DNA of 64,000 bases from an uncultured delta proteobacterium (GCA_963789395.1 CAWBKP010000012.1:64001-128000), one strand, 5' to 3'. Shown: positions 10,235-21,963, numbered from the stretch's first letter. Numbers and translations: made by a program. The notes: generated by a model not told the origin, from the sequence alone.

Positions 10235-10512
10235 ATGGGAGGACACGTCTTCGGAAGGCTTCAAATACCCTTGCCGTTAGCCAAACAGGTGGATTCTCGA
10301 AGTCTATATCTACAGTGCCGAATTTGGGCTAAGAATGCTTTGACAATTGATGCCGTCTGTGAAAATAAGTAGTCCTACAGTACTCTGCTGCAAAAAGGGT
10401 ATAATCCCGGAATCGATGCAGACAGTGTTCAGATCTTAGTGTGCTGTGTGATTGCCAGTCTGCCAGATATCCGGCATTTACAAAAAAATCATAAGATGTG
10501 GGAGGGAAAAGT

Positions 10513-12150
10513 ATGTCAGGCAAACAAAATTCTGTCGTCTTGATGGTGCTCGTTTTCTTGCTGGGTTGTTTTTCAATTACGGACTGCTTTTCCAAAGAAA
10601 TTTCAGCGCAACCGGCTGCACCGTCAGCGGATCTTGAAAAAGCCAAATATGGCGGCACGATTACGGTGGCCTGGAATTTGGCTCCTGCGCATCTGGACGC
10701 CAACAAGTCCACCGGTAGCGAGCACGGCGCTGTCGGCTACAATATTTTTGAAGGCCTTTTCGAGCCCGATGCGCAACAGATCGCCACTCCCCATTTGGCT
10801 GAGAGCTACAAAATCGAGGACGGAGGCAAAACCTATGTGATTAAGCTCCGGCAGGGCGTTAAATTTCATAATGGCAAGGAGATGGTTGCCGAAGACGTGA
10901 TCGCTTCCTTTAATCGCTGGCTGGCCAATAATGGCGGCGGAAAAATGGTCTCTCCCTATTTCGAGAGCATCTCCCAGGGTGGAAGCGCATACGAGGTGAT
11001 CATCAAGCTGAAACAGCTATATGCGCCTTTTTTGAACATCCTTTCCTCAAACGTGGCCAACCAGAAAATGTTCGTCATGCCTAAAAATGCGGTGGAGGCT
11101 GCCGGTGACAAACCCCTGGAGAATCCTGTCGGCACCGGTCCCTATAAACTGGCGGCGTTTATTCCCGACCAATACGCAAAACTGGTTCGTTTTGAAGAAT
11201 ACGCCCCGGTAAAAACCCCGTCCTCTTTCATGGCCGGGGAAAGAAAGGCTTATGCGGATGAAATCATTTATAAATTCATTCCGGAAGAGGCAGTCCGGAT
11301 TGCCGGCGTTCAAAGCGGGGAATTCGATTTTGCCGTTCAGGTTTCAACGGATCAATATAAGGTCCTTGCCGGCGATGCCAATGCGGAGCCGATCATCGTC
11401 CCTGAAAACATGGAGCATTTCTTTATTTTTAACGCGTCACAGCCTCCCTTTGATAATGTCAAAGCCAGGCAGGCACTGAACTATTGCCTCAATATTGACG
11501 TCATGGCCATGGCCACCAGCGGGGATCCGAAATTCTGGATCGTCGATCCCTCCTATATGATCCAGCAAAGCGCCTGGTATACCCCGGGTGTCGGCAAGGG
11601 GGTTTACAATACGGCAGACATTGAAAAAGCCAAGCAGCTCCTGAAGGAATCCGGATATAAAGGAACGCCGATCGTTATCTTGTGCAGTTCCGCAGATACG
11701 GTCTCGGTACAGGCCGCCCAGGTGGCAAAGGCTCAGGCAGAGGCAGCCGGCTTCAAGGTGGATGTTCAGGTTTACGACCGTCCCACAGCGCTGGGGATTC
11801 GCTCAAAAAAAGAAGGTTGGAATATTTTCCCGTCCGCTTTTATCGCCTCCAATCCGGACCCCCAGGTCTTTGGCGCCTGGATGGGCACCAACCGCTGGAT
11901 AACCAACTGGGATGATGCGGATTCCAGGAAAATGGATGCCATATTCGACAGAATGATGGTCGAGATCGATCCTGCCAAACGGCTGGAGATTGTCAGGGAA
12001 TGGAATCAGGAAGTCTACAGAACCCTGCCTTACATCAAGCTGCACAACTACAGCATTCTTCATGCCAAGGCAAAAAAGCTTCAGGGCGTCGAAGCTCAGC
12101 CGAGAATGATGTTCTGGAACACATGGAAAGAAAAAGCGCCGGCAACTTAA
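10513..12150 (+). CDS. ABC transporter substrate-binding protein, family 5 (peptide/nickel)
   Basis: Signal peptide; YGGTITV, IFEGL, KLRQGVKFHNG and PVGTGPYK; RBS GGAGG before ATG at 10513. Confidence 0.92.
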   Translation: MSGKQNSVVLMVLVFLLGCFSITDCFSKEISAQPAAPSADLEKAKYGGTITVAWNLAPAHLDANKSTGSEHGAVGYNIFEGLFEPDAQQIATPHLAESYKIEDGGKTYVIKLRQGVKFHNGKEMVAEDVIASFNRWLANNGGGKMVSPYFESISQGGSAYEVIIKLKQLYAPFLNILSSNVANQKMFVMPKNAVEAAGDKPLENPVGTGPYKLAAFIPDQYAKLVRFEEYAPVKTPSSFMAGERKAYADEIIYKFIPEEAVRIAGVQSGEFDFAVQVSTDQYKVLAGDANAEPIIVPENMEHFFIFNASQPPFDNVKARQALNYCLNIDVMAMATSGDPKFWIVDPSYMIQQSAWYTPGVGKGVYNTADIEKAKQLLKESGYKGTPIVILCSSADTVSVQAAQVAKAQAEAAGFKVDVQVYDRPTALGIRSKKEGWNIFPSAFIASNPDPQVFGAWMGTNRWITNWDDADSRKMDAIFDRMMVEIDPAKRLEIVREWNQEVYRTLPYIKLHNYSILHAKAKKLQGVEAQPRMMFWNTWKEKAPAT

Positions 12151-12177
12151 CCACATCCATATTTTAACACGGTTGAT

Positions 12178-12215
12178 CGCCGGGGGAACGGCCTGCCGTT
12201 TCCCCGGCGCTTTTG
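12178..12215 (+). terminator. Stem-loop after the SBP gene (partial terminator or mRNA stabiliser)
   Basis: CGCCGGGGGAACGGC / GCCGTTTCCCCGGCG stem followed by TTTT. Confidence 0.6.
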
Positions 12216-12254
12216 TAACGCCGCGTTTAAGAATTCCCGGCAGTTGCGTGGAAG

Positions 12255-13210
12255 GTGTCCGCTTTGTTTCATTTTATTATCAGACGGCTGATACTGTTGA
12301 TTCCGGTCCTGCTGGTGGTGGCCGTTGTGGCTTTCCTGACAACCCATATCATGCCGGGAGATCCGGTGATCATGGCGCTTGGCGATTTTGCGCCTCAGGA
12401 ACAGATCGACGCCATGCGGTTGCAACTGGGAATGGATCAGCCTTTTTACGTGCAATTTGCGATCTGGGTGCAGCGTATCTTCCAGGGAGATCTGGGCCAA
12501 TCCCTGTTTTTGAACATGCCGGTGACCCGGGCGATTATCGGCAGAATGGAGCCGACCCTCTTGCTGGCGCTGATCGGCCAAAGCCTGGGTATTTTAATCG
12601 GCGTGCCTTTGGGGATCATGGCTGCGGTCAGACATCGCACCTGGATCGATCAGGGCTCCATCGGTATTTCGCTGATCGGCATTTCGATGCCCAGCTTCTG
12701 GCTGGCCTTGCTGCTGATCATGATCTTCAGCGTCAAGCTGCATATTCTGCCTTCCTCGGGATACGTTCCCATTGGCCGAAGCGGGGTTTGGAGCGATAAA
12801 ATATCTGATTTTGCCGGGCGTCACGCTGGGCTTCATGCAAAGCGCCATCCTTGCCCGGATGACCCGCAGTTCCATGCTGGATATTTTGAACCAGGACTAT
12901 ATCCGAACAGCCAGAGCCAAGGGGCTGGCCGAGAAAACGGTTGTGCTTGCAGCATGCATTGCGCAATGCCTTGATCCCTGTGGTCACTGTCATCGGTTTC
13001 AGCATGGCCGTTTTGTTGGGCGGTACATGGATCGTGGAAACCCTTTTTAATATTCCCGGCACGGGAGCCCTGGCCATTACGGCGATTATGCGGCGCGATT
13101 ATCCCATTATTCAGGGAAGCATGATCTTTACGGCGGGTGTCTATGTACTGGTCAACTTGCTGGTGGATATCAGCTATGCGATCATCAATCCCCGCATCCA
13201 GTATTGTTAA
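12255..13210 (+). CDS. ABC permease, DppB/OppB-like (frameshifts ~12790 and ~12945)
   Basis: MPGDP, GDLGQS, DYIRTARAKGL, HALRNALIP and RDYPIIQG spread over three frames. Confidence 0.85.
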
Positions 13211-13219
13211 GGAGGCGCC

Positions 13220-14061
13220 CTGGATCGTTTCAAGAAAACGGTCGGCAGAGATCGGCAGGAACCGCTATATGACCATCGGCGGCGCTCTCGATTCTTGTTT
13301 TTGTTTCCCTGGCCCTGTTTGCCCCATGGCTGTCCCGTTTCGATCCATTGGCCATCGATCCCGTCAACCGTCTGCATCCGCCGTCTTCCGTGCACTGGAT
13401 GGGCACCGATGATCTTGGGACGGGATATTTACAGCCGTGTGGTGTTCGGGTCCCGGACCTCTATCCAGATCGGCTTTCTGGTGGTGTTTCTATCCACTGC
13501 TCTGGGAATTATCGTCGGTCTGACTGCCGGTTATTTCAAAAAGGTGGATGCCGTCGTGATGCGGATTCTGGATGGCTTGATGGCTTTTCCGGATATCATT
13601 ATCGCCGTTACCCTGGCTGCAATCTGGGGTTCCGGCAAGTTACACGCTGGTTCTGGCCATGGTCACCGCTTATTTTCCGCGAATGACCCGAACGGTTCGG
13701 GCGGCAGCCATCAGCGTCTGCGATCTGGAATATGTGGAATCGGCAAAAGCCATTGGCTGCACCAGCCTGTACATCATCCGAAAATACATTTTGCCAAACA
13801 GCTTGTCTCCCATTGTAGTCCAGGCTGCCTTCATCTTTGCGGCCGCGGTGTTAAGCGAAGCGGCGCTTGAGCTTTCTGGGCGTCGGCATCAAGCCGCCCA
13901 CTCCCACCTGGGGAGGGATGGTCAGCCAGGGACGGACCTATATCCTCATCGCCCCCTGGGTGATCGTTTTCCCCGGCATTGCCATCGCCATGGTTGTTCT
14001 GGGACTGAATCTTCTGGGGGACGGCTTGCGGGACCATATGGATCCCCGCTTAAAGAGATAA
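13220..14061 (+). CDS. ABC permease, DppC/OppC-like (several frameshifts)
   Basis: HWMGTDDLG/RDIYSRVVFG, YVESAKAIG, SFLGVG..PPTPTWG and LLGDGLRD..DP in different frames; start approximate. Confidence 0.8.
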
Positions 14062-14090
14062 GGCTTTTTATGGGTGTCGCATCGGATACG

Positions 14091-15060
14091 ATGGAAAAGC
14101 TGTTGCAGGTTACGGACCTGAAAACATATTTTTACACCCGTGACGGAGATGTGCCGGCCGTGGACGGCGTTTCCTTTGACATCCATACAGGGGAGACAGT
14201 GGGCCTGGTCGGGGAGTCGGGAAGCGGTAAAAGCATCACCGCCTTAAGCCTGCTGCGCTTGATTCCGGATCCTCCCGGAAAAATCGTTTCCGGACAGATA
14301 TGCTATGCCGGAGAGAATCTTCTGGAAAAAACAGATGCCGAGATGCGAAAAATTCGCGGCAATAAAATCTCCATGATCTTTCAGGAGCCGATGACGTCGT
14401 TAAATCCGGTTTATTCCATTGGCTATCAGATCCGGGAAGTCTTGAAACTGCATCAGGGGTTGGCCAAAAAAGCGGCGCGTGAAAAAGCGATCCAGTTGCT
14501 GCAATCCGTTGGGTTTTGCCATGCCGGAGAAGCGTGTGGATCATTATCCGCATCAGCTCTCCGGCGGCATGAGACAGCGCGCCATGATCGCCATGGCGCT
14601 TTCCTGCCGGCCGGGGCTTTTGATTGCCGATGAGCCGACCACGGCCCTGGACATGACCATTCAGGCCCAGATTCTGGATATCATGAAAGCGCTGCGGGAA
14701 AAGATCCGGATGTCCATTTTGCTGATTACCCATGATCTGGGCGTTGTCTCTGAAATTGCGGACCGGGTAATCGTCATGTATGCCGGCAGAATTGTCGAAA
14801 TGGCCTCTGTGGAAAAGCTTTTTAAAGACCCGATGCATCCATATGCAAAGGGCCTGTTGCAGTCCATGCCCAGTATTCACGGCAGTCAGGACCGGCTCCA
14901 TGTGATCAAAGGATCCATTCCCAGGCCGACGGATTATCCCCAAGGATGCCGCTTCCATCCCCGCTGCGATGACGCCTGGGACATCTGCGCCAGGCAGGAG
15001 CCGGCGCTTGAGAATCTGGATCCGGACAGACAGGTCCGTTGCTGGTTGCACTCCCGGTGA
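14091..15060 (+). CDS. ABC ATPase, DppD/OppD-like (frameshift ~14515)
   Basis: [29 protein letters not shown] and GCRFHPRC. Confidence 0.88.
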
Positions 15061-15080
15061 CGATGCAAAAGGAAAATGGT

Positions 15081-16070
15081 ATGATGGCGACGCAAATCAT
15101 GGGGATGTGATTTTGGAAGTATCCGATCTGGTGAAATATTTTCCCATCACCGGCGGTATATTTTCCCGAACCGTGGGCAATGTCAAGGCAGTTGACGGCG
15201 TCAGCTTTTATGTCCGGCAGGGCGAGACCCTGGGGATCGTCGGTGAGAGCGGCTGCGGCAAATCAACGACGGGCCGGGTGATTTTAAGATTGCTGGAACC
15301 CACCAGCGGCCAGGCTTTCTTTGAAGGCGAAGATATTTTTGCGTTGAAAGGAGAGGCTGTCAGGAAATTGCGCCGCCGGATGCAGATTATTTTTCAAGAT
15401 CCTTATTCTTCTCTGAATCCGAGGATGACGGTGGGTGAACTGGTCGGCGAACCGCTGAAGGTGCATGGCATCCTGAATCGGGCAGATCGAAGGGCCAGGG
15501 TCAACGAACTCCTGGAGCTTGTGGGGCTGAATGCCTATCACCATAATAAATATCCCCATGAATTTTCCGGAGGCCAGCGGCAGCGGGCAGGCATTGCCAG
15601 GGCCCTGGCGTTAAACCCCAAATTGATTGTCTGTGATGAACCCGTTTCCGCCCTGGATGTGTCGATTCAGAGCCAGGTGCTCAATCTGCTGAAAGATCTG
15701 CAGCAGGAATTTCACCTTTCCTATCTGTTCATCTCCCACAATCTGGCGGTTGTCAAGCACATCAGCAACCGGGTGGGGGTGATGTATCTGGGGAAAATGG
15801 TCGAAATGGCGGATACGGATGCGCTTTTCGCTCATCCGCAGCATCCGTATACGAATCTCGCTCTTGTCGGCCATTCCCAATATGGATTCGGTTTCCAGAA
15901 GCGAGCGGATTGTTTTAAAAGGGGATGTGCCCAGCCCGGTTGATGTGCCGCCGGGTTGCCGATTCCATACCCGTTGCCCGTATCAATTCGATCGATGCAG
16001 GATCGATGACCCGTTTTTCAGGGATATCGGCAACGACCATTTTGTGGCCTGTCATCTGATGGACAAATAG
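15081..16070 (+). CDS. ABC ATPase, DppF/OppF-like (frameshifts ~15100 and ~15855)
   Basis: [25 protein letters not shown] and GCRFHTRCP. Confidence 0.88.
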
Positions 16071-16109
16071 ATCATGCTGATTTTGCGGCAACAATCGAGG
16101 AGACGCTTT

Positions 16110-17295
16110 ATGAGAAAACTATTTCGCGGCATGACATTGATCGACGGCAACGGGGGAACGCCTCTGGAAAATGCGGGCATGCTGCTGGAAGATGAAAAAA
16201 TCATCCGTATCGGCAAGGCCACCGATTTTTCGCCGGAAGAAGGAACACAGATCATGGACTGCCGGGGAAAAACCAGTTATTCCCGGCCTGATCAACTGCC
16301 ATGTTCATCTGGTCGCGGAGCCCTACACCTGGGACCGGCAGAAAGACGAATCGGAAACACAGATGGCCTTGCGCGGCGTCAAACACCTGCAGATGCTGCT
16401 GAAATCGGGCGTTACATTCGTCAGGGACCTGGGGGCGGCCCATTGGGTCAATATCAAACTGAAAAAAGCCCTGGAGGATGGCCTGATCACTGGTCCCGGA
16501 CATCCTGGCCGGCGGCAGGCCCTTGTGCATTACCGGCGGGCATGGCTGGTTCTCCATGTCGCGGCAGTGCGACGGCAAGGATGAATTCGTCAAGGGGGCC
16601 AGGGAACAAATCCGGGCAGGCGCCGACCTGCTGAAGGTGATGTCCACGGGAGGCTATGCCCGCCCCAAAATGAAAATCAATCATGACATCATGCCGGATT
16701 CTCCCCAGATGACGGTGGAGGAGATCCAGGCCGTCGTTGCGGAGGCGCATCAGCGGGGCAAAAAAGTAGCTGCCCATTGCAATGGATTGACCGGTGTCCG
16801 GCGGGCGGCTCAGGCCGGAGTTGATTCCATTGAACACGGGCAGTTTAATGATGTCAAAGAAAAAGGTGTTCAGGAAACGCTTGAGATGATGGCAGCAAAA
16901 GGGATTTATCTTGTGCCGACCCTATCGGCTTTTTTTAAGAACTATGACAAGGCAGAGGTGATCGGCGAATATCAGGCGGTGCTGGATAGTTTCACAGCGG
17001 CCATGGCAAGCGGCGTAAAAATCGCCATGGGCAATGACTCCGGCTGCCCGTTTGTCGGACATGAAACAGCGGCCATGGAAATCAGACATATGGTGGATGC
17101 CGGGATGAAGCCCATGGAAGCGATTATGGCATCCAGCAAAGAGGCCGCCGGGCTTTTGGGGATCGACAGCGACTTTGGCACGCTGAGGCAGAAAAATATG
17201 CCGATTTTCTGATTTTAAATGATAATCCGTTGCGGAATATGGACACATTGTCTGACATCGACCAGGTGTACAAAAGAGGCCAGTTGGTCTGCTAA
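16110..17295 (+). CDS. Amidohydrolase (Xaa-Pro dipeptidase-like metal-dependent hydrolase), frameshifted
   Basis: PGLINCHVH, TGGHG, AGADLLK, AAHC, SIEHG, GNDSG and KYADFLIL; frame changes ~16270, ~16500 and ~17190. Confidence 0.85.
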
Positions 17296-17464
17296 ATATA
17301 TGCCGAACAGGCATCGGGATATTCAAACGTTGATACCGCGGGGGGAATTTCGGAGACATTTTACCGGATACCCCGTATGTCAGTGAAGTTGCTCAAGGAC
17401 CAGGCAAGTTCTTCCCTTGATTCCATCGCGCCTTGTTGAATGGTTGTCCGGAAAGTTTTTTTGA

Positions 17465-18940
17465 ATGTCGCTCATCGTCTTTGACAAATTGGATTCAATC
17501 GTTCGCGGGAAAATCGTGCTCAAGGATATTTCCTGGGCGATCGAGCCCGGTCAGAACTGGGTGATTGTCGGACCCAACGGGGCCGGTAAGACCTCCCTTC
17601 TGAATATCATTTGCGGTAAACTCTACTATCGGGGCGATTTTTTCATTGCTGCGGGATTGCGTGACCGCACCAGTTATGTCTCCTTTGATCGGCATGTTGC
17701 ATTGATCCGCAGGGAAGCGGAAAAAGACCATGCCAGACATTTCAGCGGCCGCCTGGATGAAGGCCTTGTTACGCCGGAAAGCCTCCTTCAGGCCTCGGCC
17801 GAGTCAATCGGCAAACCGGGCAGGATTCGGGAAGTCATCGCGCTTCTTGGCATCCGCAGCATTATAAACAGGGAAATCAGGCGGCTTTCCACCGGCGAAA
17901 TGCGGAAACTGCTGATCGCCGATGCCTTGATTAAACAGCCTGAACTGCTCATCCTGGACGAGCCCTATGAAGGATTGGACGCAACATCGGCCCGCTCATT
18001 GATTCGGCTGACCGATCATCTGATGGCGTCCGGCATTCAGGTGCTCCTGGTGACGCACCGGTTTGAAGAAATCCCGTCCCGTATTACCCATGCGCTGTGC
18101 TTAAAAAACGGCACGATCTTCAGGAAAGGCCCGGCAGAAATTCTTCGCGAAAAGCAGCTTGCCACGGACCTCTATCCCGACAAGCGCCCCCCGGCCCAAA
18201 TTATGGAAGAGATCGTAGCGCCTGTCAGCACGGTTTTTGACGATGCGGCACCCACCTTGGTCCGGATGACGGATGTGAGCGTTGTCCATGGGAAGACCAC
18301 CATCCTGGATCACATTGACTGGCAGGTAAACAAGGGGGAAAACTGGTATATCACAGGACCCAACGGGGCCGGAAAGTCCACATTGATCCGCTTGATCACG
18401 GCGGATGAGCCGCAGGCCTATGCGAATGAAATCTATCTGTTCGGCAAAAGACGGGGAACAGGGGAAAGCATCTGGGATATCAAGCAGAAGATCGGTCTGA
18501 TTTCATCGGAGTTTCAGATCCGTTACCAGGGAACCGGGGCGCCGATGACCGCATTTCAGGTTGTCCTGTCCGGCTTTTTCGATTCAATCGGTCTTTTCCG
18601 ACACGCCACGGATGTGCAGCGGCGGATCGCCGGGCAGTGGTTGCGTCGTGTCGGGATGGAAGAATACGGGGAGCGCGCCTTTGCCCGCCTGTCCTACGGC
18701 GAACAGCGCATGGTCCTGATCGTTCGGGCCATGGTCAAGTCTCCGGCCATGCTGATCCTGGATGAGCCATTTGAGGGGCTTGACTATGCCAACCGGCGGA
18801 TGCTTCTGGATCTGATCGACAACATCGGGAAAAGCACGGACACCAGCATTATCTATGTCACGCACCAAAGGGACCGGCTCGATTGCATCACCCACAGAAT
18901 CGAATTCGTCCCCAAAGAAACCGGCGGGTTCGGGTCATAA
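17465..18940 (+). CDS. ModF-like double-domain ABC ATP-binding protein
   Basis: Two GPNGAGK Walker A motifs; LSTGE, GESIWDIK.KIG, LSYGEQR and LILDEP. Confidence 0.85.
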   Translation: MSLIVFDKLDSIVRGKIVLKDISWAIEPGQNWVIVGPNGAGKTSLLNIICGKLYYRGDFFIAAGLRDRTSYVSFDRHVALIRREAEKDHARHFSGRLDEGLVTPESLLQASAESIGKPGRIREVIALLGIRSIINREIRRLSTGEMRKLLIADALIKQPELLILDEPYEGLDATSARSLIRLTDHLMASGIQVLLVTHRFEEIPSRITHALCLKNGTIFRKGPAEILREKQLATDLYPDKRPPAQIMEEIVAPVSTVFDDAAPTLVRMTDVSVVHGKTTILDHIDWQVNKGENWYITGPNGAGKSTLIRLITADEPQAYANEIYLFGKRRGTGESIWDIKQKIGLISSEFQIRYQGTGAPMTAFQVVLSGFFDSIGLFRHATDVQRRIAGQWLRRVGMEEYGERAFARLSYGEQRMVLIVRAMVKSPAMLILDEPFEGLDYANRRMLLDLIDNIGKSTDTSIIYVTHQRDRLDCITHRIEFVPKETGGFGS

Positions 18941-19057
18941 AGCAGAAGATATAAATTGCATCAGCCGTATGCCCCGACCGGAAAGGTCATGAAGTACAGG
19001 CTGCGTGAAATTTGCCGGAAGTAACTGCCGCAATTCAGGATAGAATAAGGAGAGGTT

Positions 19058-20308
19058 ATGTTTGATTATTTATTGACCAGAGATCAGATCAGCCTGCGGG
19101 ACGAGGTGCGCGAATTCATCAAATGGGTGCCGCGACAGCTTGTTCTGGATATGGATAAGGATGAGATCAAGTTCCCCAAGGAATTTCTCCGGGAGGCGGG
19201 CCGCCGCAACCTGATGGGCTGCCGGTATCCCAGGCAGTGGGGCGGGCGGGGCATGGACTGGGTCAGCACGGGCATGGTCATGGAAGAAATCGGCACCATC
19301 GGCTATGAGCTGGCCTGCGTCTTCGGAGTCGGTGCGGAACTGGTCTGCGATGCCATCATCCGGCATGGAACGGATCAGCAGAAAGAGCGCTACGTCCGGC
19401 CCCTTCTGCGCGGAGATGTTTTTGCCGCGGAATGCCTTACCGAGCCCCGTGGCGGATCGGATTTTTTCGGCGCCACATCAAAGGCCGAGGACAAAGGGGA
19501 TCATTTTCTTCTGAACGGCCAGAAACGCTTTATCGTCGGCGGCGAAGGGGCGGACTATTTTCTGGTTTATGCCAGAACCAATTTTGCGCCGGATGCCAGG
19601 CCCCAGGAATCGATCACGGCCTTTATCGTGGATCGCGGTCCGGGCGTGGACACGAAATATCTCTACAACCTCATGGGCTGCCGGGGCGGGGGAACGGCCC
19701 GTCTTGTTTTCAGCGATGTCGTGGTGCCGAAGGAAAACGTCCTTGGCCGCATCAACGGGGCTTATGACGTGTTCAACACCATGATGATCCCGGAGCGACT
19801 GGGAACGGCCATCATGACCATCGGATCGGCCCGGACGGCCCTTGAAATCGCCACCCATTACACCACCCGGCGCAAGGCTTTCGGCGCGGTGATCAACACC
19901 TTCCAGGGGGTCAGCTTCCAGGTGGCCGAAGCCGCCACGCTGCTGGATGCGGCAAGGGCCATGGGGTACGCCACCTGCCGGGCCGTGGATGCCGGCTGCG
20001 GCATGGACAGAATCCGGCGCATGGTTTCCGAATCCAAGAAATTCATCACCGAATCCTGCCAGAAGATCGTACATAACGCCATGCAGGTTGTCGGCGGCAT
20101 CGGCTACACGAATGTCTTTCCCCTGGAGCGCATCTACCGGGATGTCCGTCTGGCCAGCATCTGGACAGGAACCAGCGAGGTCATGTCCATGATCGTGGCT
20201 CATGAGTGGTATCGGGAATGCAAAAAGGCCCGGGCCGCCAACCTGATGCGGGATTTCGAGGCAGACGCGGAAGAGGCGTTTGCGGAAGAAGAAAAAATTT
20301 ACGAGTAA
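19058..20308 (+). CDS. Acyl-CoA dehydrogenase family protein
   Basis: LTEPRGGSD, LNGQKRFI, RKAFG, GGIGY and RDVRLASIWTGTSE. Confidence 0.93.
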   Translation: MFDYLLTRDQISLRDEVREFIKWVPRQLVLDMDKDEIKFPKEFLREAGRRNLMGCRYPRQWGGRGMDWVSTGMVMEEIGTIGYELACVFGVGAELVCDAIIRHGTDQQKERYVRPLLRGDVFAAECLTEPRGGSDFFGATSKAEDKGDHFLLNGQKRFIVGGEGADYFLVYARTNFAPDARPQESITAFIVDRGPGVDTKYLYNLMGCRGGGTARLVFSDVVVPKENVLGRINGAYDVFNTMMIPERLGTAIMTIGSARTALEIATHYTTRRKAFGAVINTFQGVSFQVAEAATLLDAARAMGYATCRAVDAGCGMDRIRRMVSESKKFITESCQKIVHNAMQVVGGIGYTNVFPLERIYRDVRLASIWTGTSEVMSMIVAHEWYRECKKARAANLMRDFEADAEEAFAEEEKIYE

Positions 20309-20362
20309 CTGGCACGGCCCCATAAGATGCAGTGATAAATGCTGAACATGCAGCAACGAATC

Positions 20363-20434
20363 AGGGAATTCTTGCTCAAGTTTGCCAAGGATCGACAGTC
20401 CTGGTGGCGATGGCGTTTCACGGCGAGAAGGCGG
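20363..20434 (+). mobile_element. Tiny remnant of a Y1/RAYT (IS200-like) transposase
   Basis: Translates REFLLKFAKDRQSWWRWRFTARR, resembling the N-terminal EFLLKFAxDRxxWxxWLFEAxKR segment of REP-associated tyrosine transposases (recalled pattern). Confidence 0.45.
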
Positions 20435-20519
20435 AAGGTAATCCGGCCCCGGCAGCACCCAATAAACACTATAAAAGGTATTGCCTGCGTCCAGATCTTA
20501 CTCCCAGAGGGATATCGTC

Positions 20520-21149
20520 ATGGCCAGTAATCCAAAAAAAATTGAAATTGCGGATTCGAACAAAATAAACTCGTTTATGGATTATGCAATGGGAGTTGTT
20601 TGTCTTGTGGCAGCCGGCGCCATTTACTACTACGCGCAACCGCTTACATTTCAAATCGAGCATCCTGATTTTAATCCCGTTGTCTTTCTGATACCGGGAG
20701 CGCTCCTGTATAGTATCTTCTGCTTTTACAATGCAATCAAACGCACGATTCACCAAAGGAAATATGGGCTTTCTGTACTGGTCCTTGAAACTGAACCTCA
20801 GATTGGAACGACAATTACCGGAGTCATCCGGACTTCATTAAACGTAACACCCGATAACACTGTTTTTTACCATCTGATTTGCGTCGACAATTACCTCGAA
20901 AGGTCTCAACGATACCAACGCGACCATGTCCGCTGGGAAGCCAAAGAGCAATTAAACGGAATCAGATCGGAAGCGGCTGGCGGAATACCGGTCAATCTTA
21001 TGGTGCCGACGGATGCGCTTTCGACGCAAAACGACCCAAGAGCGCGGGGCGAAGTTCGATGGATTTTAAAAGTCGACGTTAAGGGTACCCCCTATGGAGC
21101 AATTTTTATCCTGGGGATGAGGGCTGCTATTTCCAAGAAGAAAAAGTAG
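20520..21149 (+). CDS. Hypothetical membrane protein (2 N-terminal TM helices, beta-rich C-terminus)
   Basis: 209-aa ORF from ATG 20520 with two hydrophobic segments; lower GC than the flanks. Confidence 0.6.
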   Translation: MASNPKKIEIADSNKINSFMDYAMGVVCLVAAGAIYYYAQPLTFQIEHPDFNPVVFLIPGALLYSIFCFYNAIKRTIHQRKYGLSVLVLETEPQIGTTITGVIRTSLNVTPDNTVFYHLICVDNYLERSQRYQRDHVRWEAKEQLNGIRSEAAGGIPVNLMVPTDALSTQNDPRARGEVRWILKVDVKGTPYGAIFILGMRAAISKKKK

Positions 21150-21303
21150 GGCGCTGTCAGCTTTCTTTTGTCGAGATCTCCTTCATCACCAAAGCCACCG
21201 GAGCGCTCTATCTTTTCTACAGCCGCCACCTGGAGCGCCCTTACGCGGCCTTTCTCGCGGAACGTGCCGATACCGAGCTGCGGGGTGCTGCCCGCTATCA
21301 GGC

Positions 21304-21339
21304 TTGACAATCGACCTGTTTACGGGCTAAATAAAGTCC
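21304..21339 (+). promoter_or_regulatory. Promoter/operator of the Phd-ParE module
   Basis: TTGACA at 21304 and an imperfect IR GGGCT-N6-AGTCC over the -10 region. Confidence 0.55.
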
Positions 21340-21361
21340 TATAGAAAAGGAGACTTCCCTC

Positions 21362-21637
21362 ATGAAACTGTCAACACAGATCCGGCCCATCAGCTACTTG
21401 AAAGCCCATGCGGCTGAAATCGTCAGAAACCTTTCCAAACAGCAGCAGCCGCTCGTCATCACCCAGAATGGCGAAGCAAAAGTGATTATACAAGACATTG
21501 AAAGCTACGAGCAAACCCAGCAAACCCTTGCGCTGCTGAAAATTCTGTCACTTGGAATGCGTCAGATTGAGCAAGGCAAGGTGCTGCCCGCTGAGGATGT
21601 GATAACGCGCCTTCACGAGCGACGGGAGGATCGGTGA
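21362..21637 (+). CDS. Type II antitoxin, Phd/YefM family
   Basis: IRPISYLKAHAAEI...PLVITQNGEAK; overlaps the toxin start. Confidence 0.9.
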   Translation: MKLSTQIRPISYLKAHAAEIVRNLSKQQQPLVITQNGEAKVIIQDIESYEQTQQTLALLKILSLGMRQIEQGKVLPAEDVITRLHERREDR

Positions 21638-21963
21638 TGCCATTTGCGGTTTTACTGACCATTGATGCCGCACGCGATCTCAACGAGCTTTATGATTACA
21701 TCGCTTTGCATGATTCACATTGTAAAGCGGACAATGTTTTAAAACAGATTGAGAAAACCTTCTCCACGTTATCCGAATTTCCCGAGCGGGGTGTCTATCC
21801 ACAAGAACTGCTCAAGATAGGGATTCGAGAATACCGCGAGATATTTTTCAAACCTTACCGTATCATTTACCGGGTTATGGATCAGAGCGTCTATGTTTTA
21901 CTGATTGTGGATGGCCGTCGTGACATGCAGCTGCTGTTGCAGCGACGATTGTTGGAAGCATAA
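21634..21963 (+). CDS. Type II toxin, RelE/ParE family
   Basis: AARDL..LYDYI, FPERG, YRE..FKPYRIIY and DGRRD. Confidence 0.9.
   Translation: MMPFAVLLTIDAARDLNELYDYIALHDSHCKADNVLKQIEKTFSTLSEFPERGVYPQELLKIGIREYREIFFKPYRIIYRVMDQSVYVLLIVDGRRDMQLLLQRRLLEA

Noticed and set aside
10255..10283. GGCTTCAAATACCCTTGCCGTTAGCC as the right half of an attC site
   Set aside because: No complementary left arm was found; too weak to call
19478..20458. Long antisense ORFs (also 29567-30409, 38821-39951, 56873-57853, 62109-63056)
   Set aside because: Shadows of well-supported genes on the opposite strand in GC-rich DNA
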